From Moniliella sp. 'wahieum' (Eukaryota): a stretch of DNA of 64,000 nucleotides. The stretch is from contig RSEE01000002.1 in NCBI GenBank assembly GCA_003971905.1, positions 496,001-560,000 on the forward strand, in the 5' to 3' direction. Within the stretch, counting starts at the first letter, position 1. Every line of letters starts with the position of its first letter. Of the stretch, positions 13,275 to 25,179 are shown piece by piece. The translations under genes were made by a program, and so were the position numbers. Below the pieces are notes generated by a model, which made no database searches, was not told the DNA's origin, and saw nothing but the letters and a program-made list of their open reading frames with translations.

Positions 13275-14735
13275 ATGCTGGGCAAGTATGCAATGGGAAG
13301 CCTCATCTCCCGGCGATACCTCCATGGGGCATCGGGAGTGCCAGCCACCTTCTACCGCGGCGGCACCTCGCGCGGTCTCTTCTTCCGCACCGCCGATTTA
13401 GCCCCTTACACTCAAGCTCAACGAGACGCCATCATCTGCAACGCCATGGGATCTCCCGATCCTGATGGCCGACAAATCACTGGCCTTGGCGGTGGCATCT
13501 CCAGTTTGTCCAAGTGTGCCATCATTGGCCCTCCCGGCATCGCTACCAACCCAAAGGGAGAGCCATTCCTTGGCACCCTCCCACGTGGGGACGATATGGT
13601 GGCCAGCCAAGAGCCGGGGTGGGATGGGACGTTGTCTACCGTTTTGGACAGGTTCCAATCAATGGGTCCTCTATCGATTGGGGCAGTACGTGTGGAAACC
13701 TTGTAGCTGCGGCCGCCACGTTCGCCATCGATTCGGGGGCCGTGCCCCAAACACGATTGGCGGCCTATGCAGCAGCACATCCTACCGAAGGCCAAAATCC
13801 CCATGGATACGCTTGTACCTATCCCGTACGTTTGTTTGTAGCCTGCAGCGGCTCGATCTTCACGGCTGGCGTACCCATCATTAAAGCGGGGGGGATGTAT
13901 GTCGCCGCCAAGAAGGGCGATACTTTGATTGCAGGTGTCCCGGGAAAATTTCCAGGTGTGCAAGTTGCCATCCCCCTCTGGACCCGGCACCGTCTTTCCC
14001 AGTGGCGATGTACTGAACACCGTTTCAGTCAAATTACCTTGCTTATCTGGAGAGCCGACACGGGAAATACCTGTGACCTTGGTTGACGCTGGTTTGGCCG
14101 TCACGTTCGTCTCAGCTGCCTCACTGGGTCTGTCCCCAGACGATTTGGCACTTCCCGTCACCCGAGCTCGAGGCGCCCACCCGAGGGTTGATGGAAGCGT
14201 TGGGAATGTGCGATACGCCGGAGGTATGCTTAGTGAAAGACACGTAAAATCTTTTCCCCCCCTGAACCAAAGATCTGCATTGTCGCCCCGTCCCAGGCGT
14301 ATACTACCTCAGTGGGACCGCCATTCAAGCTAATGAGATGGACCTTCTCGTACGAGCTGTGTCGGTTGGGGTAAGTCATATCGTTCTTTCCCTCTTTGGA
14401 ACACGCGGGCTGACCATGATCATTGTCCTCCAGAACATCCACCGCACCGTCCCAGCTACCACTCTGTCTGCTTTGGCTGTCGCTGCGGCCATGCCTGGGT
14501 CGATTGTGTGGGAGATGGCAGGCAAAGCAAAAGGTGCGGAATCAAGGTCTTTGCCAAGAGTGGGGGGCAGGGCCTGCTCGCAACCGTCCGTGTGGGCCAA
14601 CCCGCTGGTGTAAGTGCAGCTACTGTCCGCTTGGAGAGGAGGACCGACGCTTTTGAGGCCACCGACATCGTCATGGAACGATCTGCCAATCGGATCATGA
14701 CAGGGACAGTTGAAGATCCATTCGAAAGTGCCTGA
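13275..14735 (+). CDS. prpF: PrpF/DUF453-family isomerase (diaminopimelate-epimerase fold; aconitate/methylaconitate delta-isomerase-like)
   Basis: Motifs PATFYRGGTSRGLFF, MGSPDPDGRQITGLGGGISSLSK, IDWGSTCGNL, TLVDAG, HRTVPAT and RSANRIMTG. Intron at ~14370-14433 and frameshifts. The N-terminus resembles a mitochondrial presequence. Confidence 0.9.
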
Positions 14736-14882
14736 GTCGTCCCACGAAGATTCTCACCGGACCAAAGCAAATGAGATCTCACTATGCAGCAAGCCCTACA
14801 TGACGTTGTTAACTGCGATTCCCATCTGTTTTATTACCAACAAAGGATTGCAGTTTAGGCATAGCGCGGGAGAGAAGATCAG

Positions 14883-15208
14883 TTACGCCCGCTCAACTTC
14901 TTGTTCATCTCGTCCATCCATCGAGTTGTTGGTCGGTGGGCTTGTCGGGAACCTTTCCCTTTTCCTCCTCGATTTGCCGTGCGATGGACTCGGCCGCGGA
15001 GCGGTTAGGAGCAACGTTGTCCAAGGATCCTTTTGCTTGAAGATGGCGTCGTTGATGTTTCCCTCGGTAGTGTGCTGATTGGGGGGTGGGAGCCGATCAG
15101 CATGAGCAACAACTTGAAAAAAGAGAGAAAAATCAAACGCACCTCGGACCCAACGACCTGGACGGTCTTCTTGAACTGGTCGTCCGTCGAAACGCTGTTG
15201 CCGGTCAT
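14883..15208 (-). CDS. Small hydrophilic hypothetical protein
   Basis: ATG at 15208, intron GTGCGT...GCTGAT...CAG (~15142-15076), and a TATATAAA element ~50 bp upstream on the minus strand. Confidence 0.5.
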
Positions 15209-15710
15209 GATCGTGGATGAGGATAGGGTGTAGCAACCTACAACTGTGAAGGGGGTTTATATATCGTACGGAGGGAATTGGTCTATGTAGTAGAAGGATA
15301 ATGAAATGACATCATGATGGCAAGGCAGGGCCGTTGAACGTTGACGATCGGGCGGAGGTATCATACATCATCATTTGTTGGTTAGATATAAACGTGGAGG
15401 ATCGGCGGCCCAATTTACTATGGCAGCGCTGCTTCTGCGATCTTGGACTGCTGCATATCGTTAAGCGTCAAGCGAAACCACAACCTTTGTAGGGGATTTT
15501 ATATAGGTGAAAGACGTCGATTGTCCGGTGCATCCGATGGAAAGCCCTAACGCGGATGACATAAGAGGGTCAAGGGGTGGGGTGCTCGAGGGCAGTATTT
15601 GCCGTCGGATGCATCCTGACCAACATCGCCGATTCCGATCGCCAATAGGATCTAGCATGGAGGTGGGAGTGATGCAATGAGGGAAAGTTTGGGTTACGAC
15701 AGCATGTGGA

Positions 15711-16247
15711 TCAGAGGTCCCCGTGCCCGCTGTGGAGGGGGCGTACGTGCACTGGTCCATGGTGAATTGTTGCGAAGGTAGCGAATGGCGCTAGACTGAG
15801 TACAGCTTTGACCAGCGTTTGTGGAATCGTGTACCCCCGGTTGGAGCGGATGACATCGGCGCCTGTCTGGGTATTGTGGAAATGAAAAAGATTGGTGTCC
15901 CACATTTGGTTGACTTGTTCGGCAGTGGAATGGACGGTGAGCTGCTCCCCCTGCCGGGTCACTTCCACCTTGTCCCCCCCAAGGCCATATTGAGCCAGAT
16001 ATGCCTTTACATCAAAGAGATAATCAGGCGTGGGTTTGGTATACTCGTCGACTTGTTCCTTGGTCAGCCAGGAACTGCCGGACTGAGCGATCTCTTCCAT
16101 CTTGCTCTCCAGCTCGTCGGTGCGCCCTCCATTGAGATAGATGGTGTAGGTCACTTCCTCGGTTGGGGCACACGGTTCACGCTGTTCGAACGTTGGAGGA
16201 ATTCGCCCGGGCTCCTCATGCCTTCCTTCGATGTGGGGCGCGGACAT
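15711..16247 (-). CDS. Stand-alone peptidase S53 (sedolisin/TPP1) activation prodomain protein, no catalytic domain
   Basis: Matches the Pro-kumamolisin pattern: ELE..M.EI, WLTKEQV...KP...V..YL...G, V..T.EQVN.MWDT..F.F, IRS..YTIP..L..AV. About 178 aa, with no signal peptide. Confidence 0.7.
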   Translation of the reverse strand: MSAPHIEGRHEEPGRIPPTFEQREPCAPTEEVTYTIYLNGGRTDELESKMEEIAQSGSSWLTKEQVDEYTKPTPDYLFDVKAYLAQYGLGGDKVEVTRQGEQLTVHSTAEQVNQMWDTNLFHFHNTQTGADVIRSNRGYTIPQTLVKAVLSLAPFATFATIHHGPVHVRPLHSGHGDL

Positions 16248-16521
16248 GGTCACGGTGTGGAGCAGCAGGCGTAGATGGTGGTGGTCCGACAGAAGAGGCG
16301 TACACGTGGCTTTGGAATCGGGCCAGCACCCAACGTATTGAGTTCACGATGCGTGAACTGCTGGTGCCGCTGGCCTCAGCACGCCCGAGGGAACACGTGA
16401 AACTTTCAGAAACCTACTCACTATTTTTTTCCCTGTTCAAGCTGTCCCTGCGGACGCTTTGTTCGCTGTTGGACGCTGACGAGACCTTGCTGGCCCCAAC
16501 GAACACGACTCCCCCCGATCC

Positions 16522-18840
16522 ATGGCAGGCGGTGGCCTCGTCGCACGCACCACTGCTCTTGTTTTGTGTCGACCTTCCTGCTATCAACTGTTGCGTCCCT
16601 CCCGCCGCATGTCGTCTTCAACCCCACAGAGGCCACGGGAAGTCGTGGCCGTCATTGGCTCCACCGGGACGGGCAAGTCACAGCTGGCCGTTGAGCTCGC
16701 TCAGCATGTCCAACGCCTGTACGACCACTGCAACTCATCTTCTCGTGCACGAGAGAAGTCGCCGTGCTACGGATCGGCAGAAGTTATCAGTGCCGACAGC
16801 ATGCAGGTCTACCAAGGCTTGGACGTAGTGACCAACAAGGTCACTCCGGACGAGATGGGGGGCATTCCTCATCACCTCATTGACTTCCTTACCCCCAAAG
16901 AGCAGTACCACCTCCTCCAGTTCTGCTCCGACAGCCAGCAGATCGAAGAGGAGCTCCGGCACCGCTCTATCCCGGCCTTGCCTATCATTGCGGGGGGCAC
17001 CACGTACTATGTCCAGCACCTTCTCTTTCCCGGGTTGGTGGTGAGCAACGATATGGAAGATGCTGAGGGGGGTGCAGACCAAGTCTCACAAGGCAATGAC
17101 TGGAAGACGGACGCTCCTCTGCCCGAGTGGATTGAAGATGCCGTCGCCTCTCTCCCTGAACCTGAGGCGCAACTGTTTGAGGCGCTGCGATTCGATTCGT
17201 CAGGGGTGCTGAAGCGGGCCATGACAACGTCCAAAGATCAAAGCTACCTCAAGTCTTCAACGGGGATCGCCAATCCCGTAGTACCGGATGGTCTTCCTCC
17301 TGCTCCACAGGGAATTGAAGCTATGGTGGACCTCAAGTCTGCTTGGCGGGATGAGAAAATCCTGTGGCGCATCCTCAATGCTCTGGATCCGACTATGGCA
17401 AAGCGTTGGCATCCTACCGACAGGCGCAAGATTCTCAACTCACTCCGCGTGCTTATGGCTACGGGAAAGCGCCACTCAGACTGGATCCAGGAAGAACACA
17501 GTCATCGTACAAAGCCTACACCCGACCTTGATGCCCAAGAGAATGATACAAGGGTCCTCCTGTTCTGGGTCTGGAGGAGAACAGAAGAACTCACCGAATC
17601 CCTCAATTCTCGGATTGGAAAGATGGTTCAGCGCGGACTGTTGCCCCAGATTCAAGAGCTGAGGATGATTGCTCATGCACAACGGGCTGAACAACGTCGT
17701 GGCCTTGACCCCACGAAGGATGGACCCCTCAAAAGCCTGGACGTGTTCGATTATGAACGCGGCATTTCCAGTCGATCGGATACAAAGAGTTTGACCCGTT
17801 TTTGCGTTACATTGAAGCACACCAGCTGCGGCCAAGTGGGCGAACGAACATCTAGGCCCTTTGAGTCAAGAATCAGCTTTAGCCACTCGTGAGGTGGACG
17901 AGCTTCCTGTCGAGTCTGAGCCTCATGGAGCGACTAAGGAAGAGTTGGCCACGAAAAAGAACTCTTTGACCACGGAATTAAAGCGATGCAGGTTGCCACT
18001 CGTCAATATGCAAAGAAACAAGTTCGCTGGATCCGCCGCTCGCTGGCTCCAGAGATTCGTCGGGCTCAAGCTGCCGCTGCGCAGGGGGCAAGACATGCCC
18101 CAGGTTGACCTCTTCCTGTTGGATGCGACCGATTTGGAGCACTGGTCTGACCATGTGGCCTCTCCTGCTAAATCAGTGCTCGAGATGTGGTTGACCGGTG
18201 CCCCGCTCGAGTCGCCGTACGATTTACCATTGTGCCAGGATGCTCAAGGCATGTTAAAGGAGGTATTGACTGGCGCACCTCTCCCGCCTGCTCCGTCAGG
18301 AAGAAGAGGCGCCCCCGCCAAGTCCGCAAGACCTCCTCCTGAAGAAAAAGGGAGCTCGATCGAACGCAATGAGTGGCGTATGTGTTCTACTTGCAGCTCT
18401 TTGCCCCCGTACCAAGACTTGATCCAGCACTCTACCCTGGGGAAATATCTCCTCCGATTGGGAAAACAGGGAAAGATCTCCCCTGAGACGCTGGCCACAG
18501 TAGAGCGGGAACTGGCTCTACGGGACGAAGAAGAGGAGCTGCAGCTGCGTCATCTCCGTGGCGAGGGGGAGGCGGGACTGATCCACTCGACGGAACAACG
18601 CTTGTCAGACGATGACCTAGCCCAATTCATCCCCCTGAACTTAAAGCTGACGTGCACATTCGCGTCGCGGACTGGGAGTTCCATACCCGCTCTCGGATGC
18701 ACCGTGCTGCCATTCAGTTTACCTCAAAGGATGCACACATCCGCTCACAGCGCCTGGCGGGCGTGAAGAAAGCCATGGCTCGACAAACAGAGCACCACCA
18801 AGTGAGGCACCCTCCTTGGCAGATCGGTTGCAGCAGATGA
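16522..18840 (+). CDS. MOD5: tRNA dimethylallyltransferase (tRNA isopentenyltransferase)
   Basis: P-loop VIGSTGTGKS and motifs ISADSMQVYQGLDVVTNK, IPHHLIDFL, GGTTYY, RWHPTDRRKI and RIGKMVQRGLL. Frameshifted copies of QSIGYKEF and TRQYAKKQVRWIR are present, as are C-terminal CxxC...HxxxxxH ligands. Several frameshifts. Confidence 0.92.
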
Positions 18841-19490
18841 AACTTCGGCGGGGATGGAAGCGATACCCAATCGGCTTGACTTATTCAATGGGGATCCACT
18901 AACATGGTATTAACGAAATGAAGACATGCCCCCCCTCCCTTCCCCCCCCCCTAAAGACATGGCATGGGAAAACGGTAATAGTGTGCTAAGCTGTATAGTT
19001 CGTCAGGATGCGGATGCGTAGCCTGGACCAAAAGAGATATGGTCCAGAAGCTCCAAATGAGAAGAAGCGAAGCAAGCTGGCATTGCCGGACACTGTAACT
19101 TCGACAGCAGTGGCTTGGAACCAACTTCAACGATCACAAGCCCAGATCGTCATCTCAGGAGGAGAGGGAGGCAAGTAGCCATAAACCTCTTGACTGCATT
19201 CAGTGAAGCATTCACATCTACTTCACCGTACAATGGCTACCCCGCTTTCTGGTCCTTAGACTCAAGAGTCGGTTCGCTCCTGCTTTCTTCAATTCTGGGG
19301 GGGGGAAAACAGAAGAGCGAAGGCGGATTCGGGTAATTCCCTTGGTAATTCACTCACCCATCTATATATGCCCTCAGTGCTTCATATCCATCTCGTTGCT
19401 TTGGGGTGTTATGCCAGAGATGGGAACGAACAGGATACGAACAGGATGTGAAAATTGTTTGTAACAATGATTGGTACAGCAGGCTCTTCA

Positions 19491-21951
19491 TCATGTGAGG
19501 GGCTGCAAGGACACTGGCGCCACAGTATCATAGGCTGCTATCGCCTGTTGGACCGAAATCAGAGATGAGACTGGACCTGACTCAGGCGGTGGGTGGGGGA
19601 CATTCGAGTTGCACAGGACACGATTAGCCGCCCGCCACTCGCTCAAGAAGCGGCGCGTGTCGTCTAGCGTCAAGGCCAACGTCGCTTTTTCCGCTGTTTC
19701 TGCCCGGACCCGCTGAGCAAGGCATCTTCCCGGCTCTGGGCCAGCTCAGCCTCCATTGCAGCTTGTCGTAGGTGCGCCTCTTGCATCTGCTGAGCCATTC
19801 AGCTTCCAACTCGTTCGCGCGGGTTTGATGCGCCATCTCCAATGCGACGCGCTCAGCTTCCAGAGTTGTCCGTAGCTGTTCCTCGTGAGCCTTCTGTACC
19901 CTTTGGGCTTCGCGCACGTGCTCCTCTGCTTGCTGTTGTGCCTGACTGCGTGCCTCATGGTCAACTTCGCCCATTTGGGTCTCCAGCCCACGGATCTGGA
20001 CTAAGAGCGTTTCGACCTGCAGTTGAAGCGCCTCCTCTCGAGCCTGAGCTTCCTTCTGAGCCTGATTCGCCGCTTGGATTTGCGCCTCGGCATCGGACGT
20101 GATGGAGAGCACGAGCTCCGAACGGATTTGCTCCCTCAATGAGCGACATCCACTGGGGGTGCAATAGCTTCAAGTGTGAAGGGACCAGTTTCCCCGTCAA
20201 GGCTGGCTGTCGGTCGAGGATCGGCCTTCCCAGAGTCGGGGAAGAACGCGTGGGGGACCCAGGCGGCGATTCGTCCACCAGAACGATGGAATAGACAGAT
20301 CGTGAACAGCTTCTTGAATCACAGCTGTTGTCGTGGAGGTCGAAGGGCAGAATCAGCCGCAGTGGGTAAAGGTGCAGAAGGCGCGGAAATAGAAGCATGA
20401 ACTGCCCGCTTGGATGAAGAGGTCCCGCATTCCTCATTGGGGAAGCGATTGGGGATGCGATTGGGGATGACATGCGTGCAGCAATGCGTTGTCTCAAAGT
20501 GCTCCCCCGCGGAGCGGGGGATGGCCGCAGGAGGATGTCCTCCTTGGCATCTCGCTGGCCGTCCGATTCATCATCTAACCATTCAGATTCTTCTGGCCCT
20601 GACTTGAGCAATGCGGGAGATGAGGGCTGGGCATTAGATCCCAGCGACGCGGGCAGATTTGCGGGCAGATTTCCCCCTTTTCCATGCTCAAGGGGGGTGG
20701 ATAGAAGAGAGCGCCCTGCCCCTGGCCAACCAGAAACGATCAAGGACTGCCGAACTCCCGCTTAAAGAGTGGGCTGCGCAGAGACGAGTGAACCGGAGTA
20801 GGTGTCATGGTTGTGACAGATAGCTCTTGGTTGCGCGGGGGATTCGAGAATGGTTTTCTTTCTTTGGCAGCAAAGCCGGCATGGGGCTTGAATCGGGACC
20901 CAAGTAGGCCAACATTGAGGCTGGCATAGCCGTGGTCAACAAGGACGTATCAGATTCCTCCTGCGTGTCTTTTAATGTCTTTGGGACGGACGAAGTTTCG
21001 GGAGCCTTGTTTGGGATGGGGCAAAGGTGGGTTATTGTTCGAAGAACTTGAGTGAGAACGTTATGGAAGAGGTCTGGAGTTGATGCTTGAAGACGAATAT
21101 CGAGGAGAAGAAGTGAGTTTAGGAGAGCGCTTTAAAACGGGAATTCCAGAAGGCGATGCCAGTCGGGCAGGGGAAGTTGAGGTCAAAATATGCTTCTCCT
21201 GTGCCCGTGTAACGGTAGAAAAGGGTGCGTGAGTTGCGATGGGTTGGACGGACACAGGCGCCCGCTGACGACCTGTAAAAGAAGGGGATGCGCGTTGCGG
21301 AGCCACATGTGCTGAACCAGGAATGGAATCATGTGGGATCGGGATCGGGTTCGGGGCACTGATGTGCGGCGGGAGAGGAGAACGACTGCATGATTTGTTC
21401 TCCATCCTTGATACGCTCGATGCAGCAGCCGCACCGGGAATACGCGACGCCTTACGGTTGAGCTGGCTTGGGGATTGAGCAACAGACGATGATTCTGGCG
21501 TGGCAAAGTGTTTTGAGGAAGTCCGCGGGTGATCCGATGGGCATCTGGCTTGGACACCATCTGTCCCATGCCACCCATAGGCTGCACCCGTAATGGAATG
21601 CCTCCCAGACGGCAAGGCCACCTGAGCGACGAGGGGGGCGTATGATGGAGGGACCGGAGCTGGATGTCGAGGCAGGGGTAGATGCCGACACAGATGCAGA
21701 TGCGGATGGTATTCCCGACTTGGACAAGGACGCGTCACCGTACAGGGTGATGCGGTGTCTGTGGCACTCGGGAGGGCGGCACGCGGAGCGGCTCCGCTGC
21801 CTGTGGGCCGGCGACCAGGCGCGGAGGGGCCGGACTTGGACAATGAGAGCCGTGCCGTGGATGAGTGTGCAGATGCGGTGGGTGCCTTCATGCCGGTGGC
21901 AGCGCGCCTGTCCACACGAGGCTCTTTGGTTGCCGACATCGACGTCGACAT
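19491..21951 (-). CDS. Ser/Pro-rich hypothetical protein with C-terminal coiled coil
   Basis: Chain of overlapping minus-strand ORFs (21061-22227, 19961-20743, 19624-20139, 19491-19679). The E/Q/A/R-rich heptad segment lies at 19700-20139. Confidence 0.55.
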
Positions 21952-22423
21952 GGCGGTTGGACACAGCTTGGATCGCCCCCTGAGCAATGGGCGTCTTGGC
22001 GGGGCGGGCGCGGTGGGCGGCCGGGCGACAACCCACCCAAACCACGCAATCAACACACGCGCGCGCACGTGACGATCATGCATCACACTACGACTGACGT
22101 GTGATTGTGTCGCGGTTGCCCCGCACCCCCTTGGTAGGCGTTTAATATAATTCTCCAGGCCGCTGGCAGCTCTCAGCAGGGCCTGGCACGCTCCCACCCT
22201 GGCTCGCAAGGCTCGACTCTCGTTCAACGGCTAGCAACTCAACTCAACACTCAATATTCAACGACGGAAGCCGAGCCTGAGGTCAGGAGGCACATCACTC
22301 AATCAAAGGCGCACAGCTCACAAAACTCTCTGTCTGTCGTTCAACCTCTCAATAATATGGGATCGTCAATCTCTCGTCTGTGCGGGCGCTCTCACAGTTA
22401 ACTGGCGTTATTACAGCTGGTGA

Positions 22424-22921
22424 TTAATTGACTTGAAGCCTGTTCATTGATGTGGACATCTGCGGTTCTTCTGGGCTTTGATACGCTTTCTTCCACCCCC
22501 CTCCCAACAAGGAATGGACAAAGAAGGCAGCATTACTCATTCCTCCAGCCCAACAAACAGGGGTTGTCAATCTCGCTTCGAAACTTAGGAACCACGGTGT
22601 TGGGAGAAAAGGGTGCCTTAAATCCTTTAGAGATGGGGGCTTTGTAATGGGTTTTGCGGGAGCAAAGCACATTGTGGTTGATTGCGGTCCTCCGGGTCCG
22701 AGACGGTACACTGGGTTCAACTCGGTTCCATGGGAACGGCTTGCACGCACAGCGAGTAAGTATCGTGCCAGCGTGACAGTGCCCCTGACGTTGCCTCCAT
22801 TCTCTCCTGCGATCATTCTCTCCAGTATGTGTCTCACAGGACTTGTGCCTATTATATAGTGCGGCCTCCTACATATAGATGCCTGTACGAACAGACCCAA
22901 AACTCTGGTTCCACATTCCAT
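22424..22921 (-). CDS. Possible hypothetical protein
   Basis: 165-aa ATG-initiated ORF with no recognisable motif. Confidence 0.15.
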   Translation of the reverse strand: MECGTRVLGLFVQASICRRPHYIIGTSPVRHILERMIAGENGGNVRGTVTLARYLLAVRASRSHGTELNPVYRLGPGGPQSTTMCFAPAKPITKPPSLKDLRHPFLPTPWFLSFEARLTTPVCWAGGMSNAAFFVHSLLGGGWKKAYQSPEEPQMSTSMNRLQVN

Positions 22922-25179
22922 ATCCCTTTCTTGGCGTCAGGCCTGAGCCTCAGGCCTCATCCTCCTGCCCATTCGGCTGCCTAGACCAACAAACACGCCA
23001 GAACCTCAGCATCACAGGCCTATTTTGTGCCGGGCCGAATCATCAGTAAAGTATCGCGGCAGTGGATCAGAGAGGATAAAATGTTTTGGGTGCGGATTCA
23101 TTCATGGATTGAACGCGAACGCGTTGGTGTTGTGACGAGATGGTCATACAGCCATCCTCCCACAGAGAGACCTGAGGACGGGCATGCCGTGTGGTGAACG
23201 CACCCAAAACAGAGACGCGCGCCTGTGTAACAAATGTCATGTGTATCAATGTTTTGCCAGCGCAATCCAGCACCGTAGTATAGTACGAAAATGAAGTTCA
23301 TATCTTTTCTGCCGAGACTCCTCCGTCAGTAAAGGGCCTCCAGTGCCCAAACATCTTGTTGGCCGTCGTGATGGGATCGTTTTGTGGGGGGCGAGCAAGG
23401 CCGAGGAAGAAGTGGGGACATGCAATAGGGAAAAGGCGGAGCCCGGAGGCGCAACAGAAGAGGGAGGTAGCGGAACAGAGGCGGAACGGGGCCGCGTTCG
23501 CACAACTAACAAGTTCTCCGTCGGCATGCCGTCACGGCCTGCATGACCCAGTGCATGACCAAGAGGGAAAAGAACGGGTATTGAGTGTGTATCCTCAATT
23601 CTTCGTTCTCTCGGTGTATTCGTATTCAGTCGAATAAAGGCTCTCGAGTTGATCGGTAGTAACACTCCCTGTTAGAAGTTCCGTTCGCAGGCTGCGAACT
23701 CCCCCGCTCGCTCCATCCCTTTGTTCTCACTATTCTGTCTCTTTCCCATTAATAGAGGTGTGCTTGAAGACTTGTGGCTCGCCACACTTTTCACATTTAG
23801 GCATGACGCGTGACGCATGACGCGCGCGCCTCACACATGACAGCTGTCTGAACGTCCGGACAGGTCGTGCTCAGCAACCGATCCCGATCAGAGGGATCCG
23901 CGAGTGCTCGCTCTCAAGGCGCACTTTAGCAATCTGATGCATCTGATGCCCCTCTCTCCGCAAGCGCACACACCAGAATCTAGTCATCTTGAATCACAAC
24001 CGAGATCTCAGCCCGAGACCTGAGACAGAAAGCGAGGGACGACAATATTATCGAGATTGGTGGCGAGATAATCGATAGCATATCTGATTTGATCATACAG
24101 ATCAGCCAGCCAGCCATGCAAATCCATTTTTGGGCGGTCGTCGAAAATCATTAATCACTCCATCGCGTTCGAAGTTCATGCTGAACGTCAAACGCCACCT
24201 TCTCCACATATACTCGAACCGCGGGGAAAACCAATACTTTGCGGAGGGCATGGTACTTTGAGAGAAGTGGGGGTGCCCATGCAACCATATGATGCTGTCG
24301 TGTGGTAAAGCCTCCGAGCCTCAGCGTCACCAGTGAGGCTGATGCCATCTTTTTGCACAGGGAGATAGCCGAGGGTGAGAACATGCGCGAATCAGTCCCA
24401 ACTACTAGTATACCGTGTGCATGTTACTGTGTGTTGCCTGCATGGTATTCACGCTTCACGCTTCACATTTCACATGTCACAACCCGATGTAACTTTCGTC
24501 TTCTCGCCAACGGACACAACTACAGCCTACCACAGCGCGCACGACCCGTAAACTTTTCACACGAAAGGAGCGACTGCCGCACGCAATCGGCATCGAGAGT
24601 ACCCCCGACTGCTGTACGCGCTCTCAGAGGGCATATCCGACAGATGGCCGAAAGCCAGTTAATTACTCCAACAGGGCGGCAGTGTAAGACCGGAGGAACA
24701 CAAGGATTTGGATGGCGAGCATCTGAAATGCAGAGCAATGCAATGGCGATGGTCGTGGTTGTGGTCTAAGCCGTCTGCCACACCTGGAAGAGACAGGGGT
24801 TCGAACAACTCGGGCATGCATGTGGAGGCTTCGGAGGTCAACTAACGAGCAATGGTGATGATCGATAAGGTCTAAGATCTAAGGCCTAATGAGTATAACC
24901 GGGTCTAAAACGTCTTGGCATACGTACGGGGTCCCAACAGTCTGTACGTGAAGATTTCACTACCTTAAACAGGGAACACTGTCCCATCAGGCTCACTCAT
25001 CCCGCAGGATATGCTCGCCTTGCCAATCCAATTAGGATACTAGCCCAGTGGAGTTGCCAGCAAGTCGGGACCCTCTGGCGCCAGCCACATTTGCTTCCGA
25101 GTCGGAGCACGAGCGCGAGCTCTAAAGCGATATACCAGCACGTTCGGGACTGCAGCACTCTATTGATATGCAATCCGTC

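Noticed and set aside
11114..14735. Ustilago-type itaconate biosynthesis cluster
   Set aside because: There is no trans-aconitate decarboxylase, mitochondrial tricarboxylate carrier or P450 nearby, and the transporter is Dal5-type.
23683..23699. Perfect inverted repeat GTTCGCAG-G-CTGCGAAC
   Set aside because: A single 8-bp stem with a 1-nt loop is expected by chance in 64 kb, and there is no MITE or ncRNA context.
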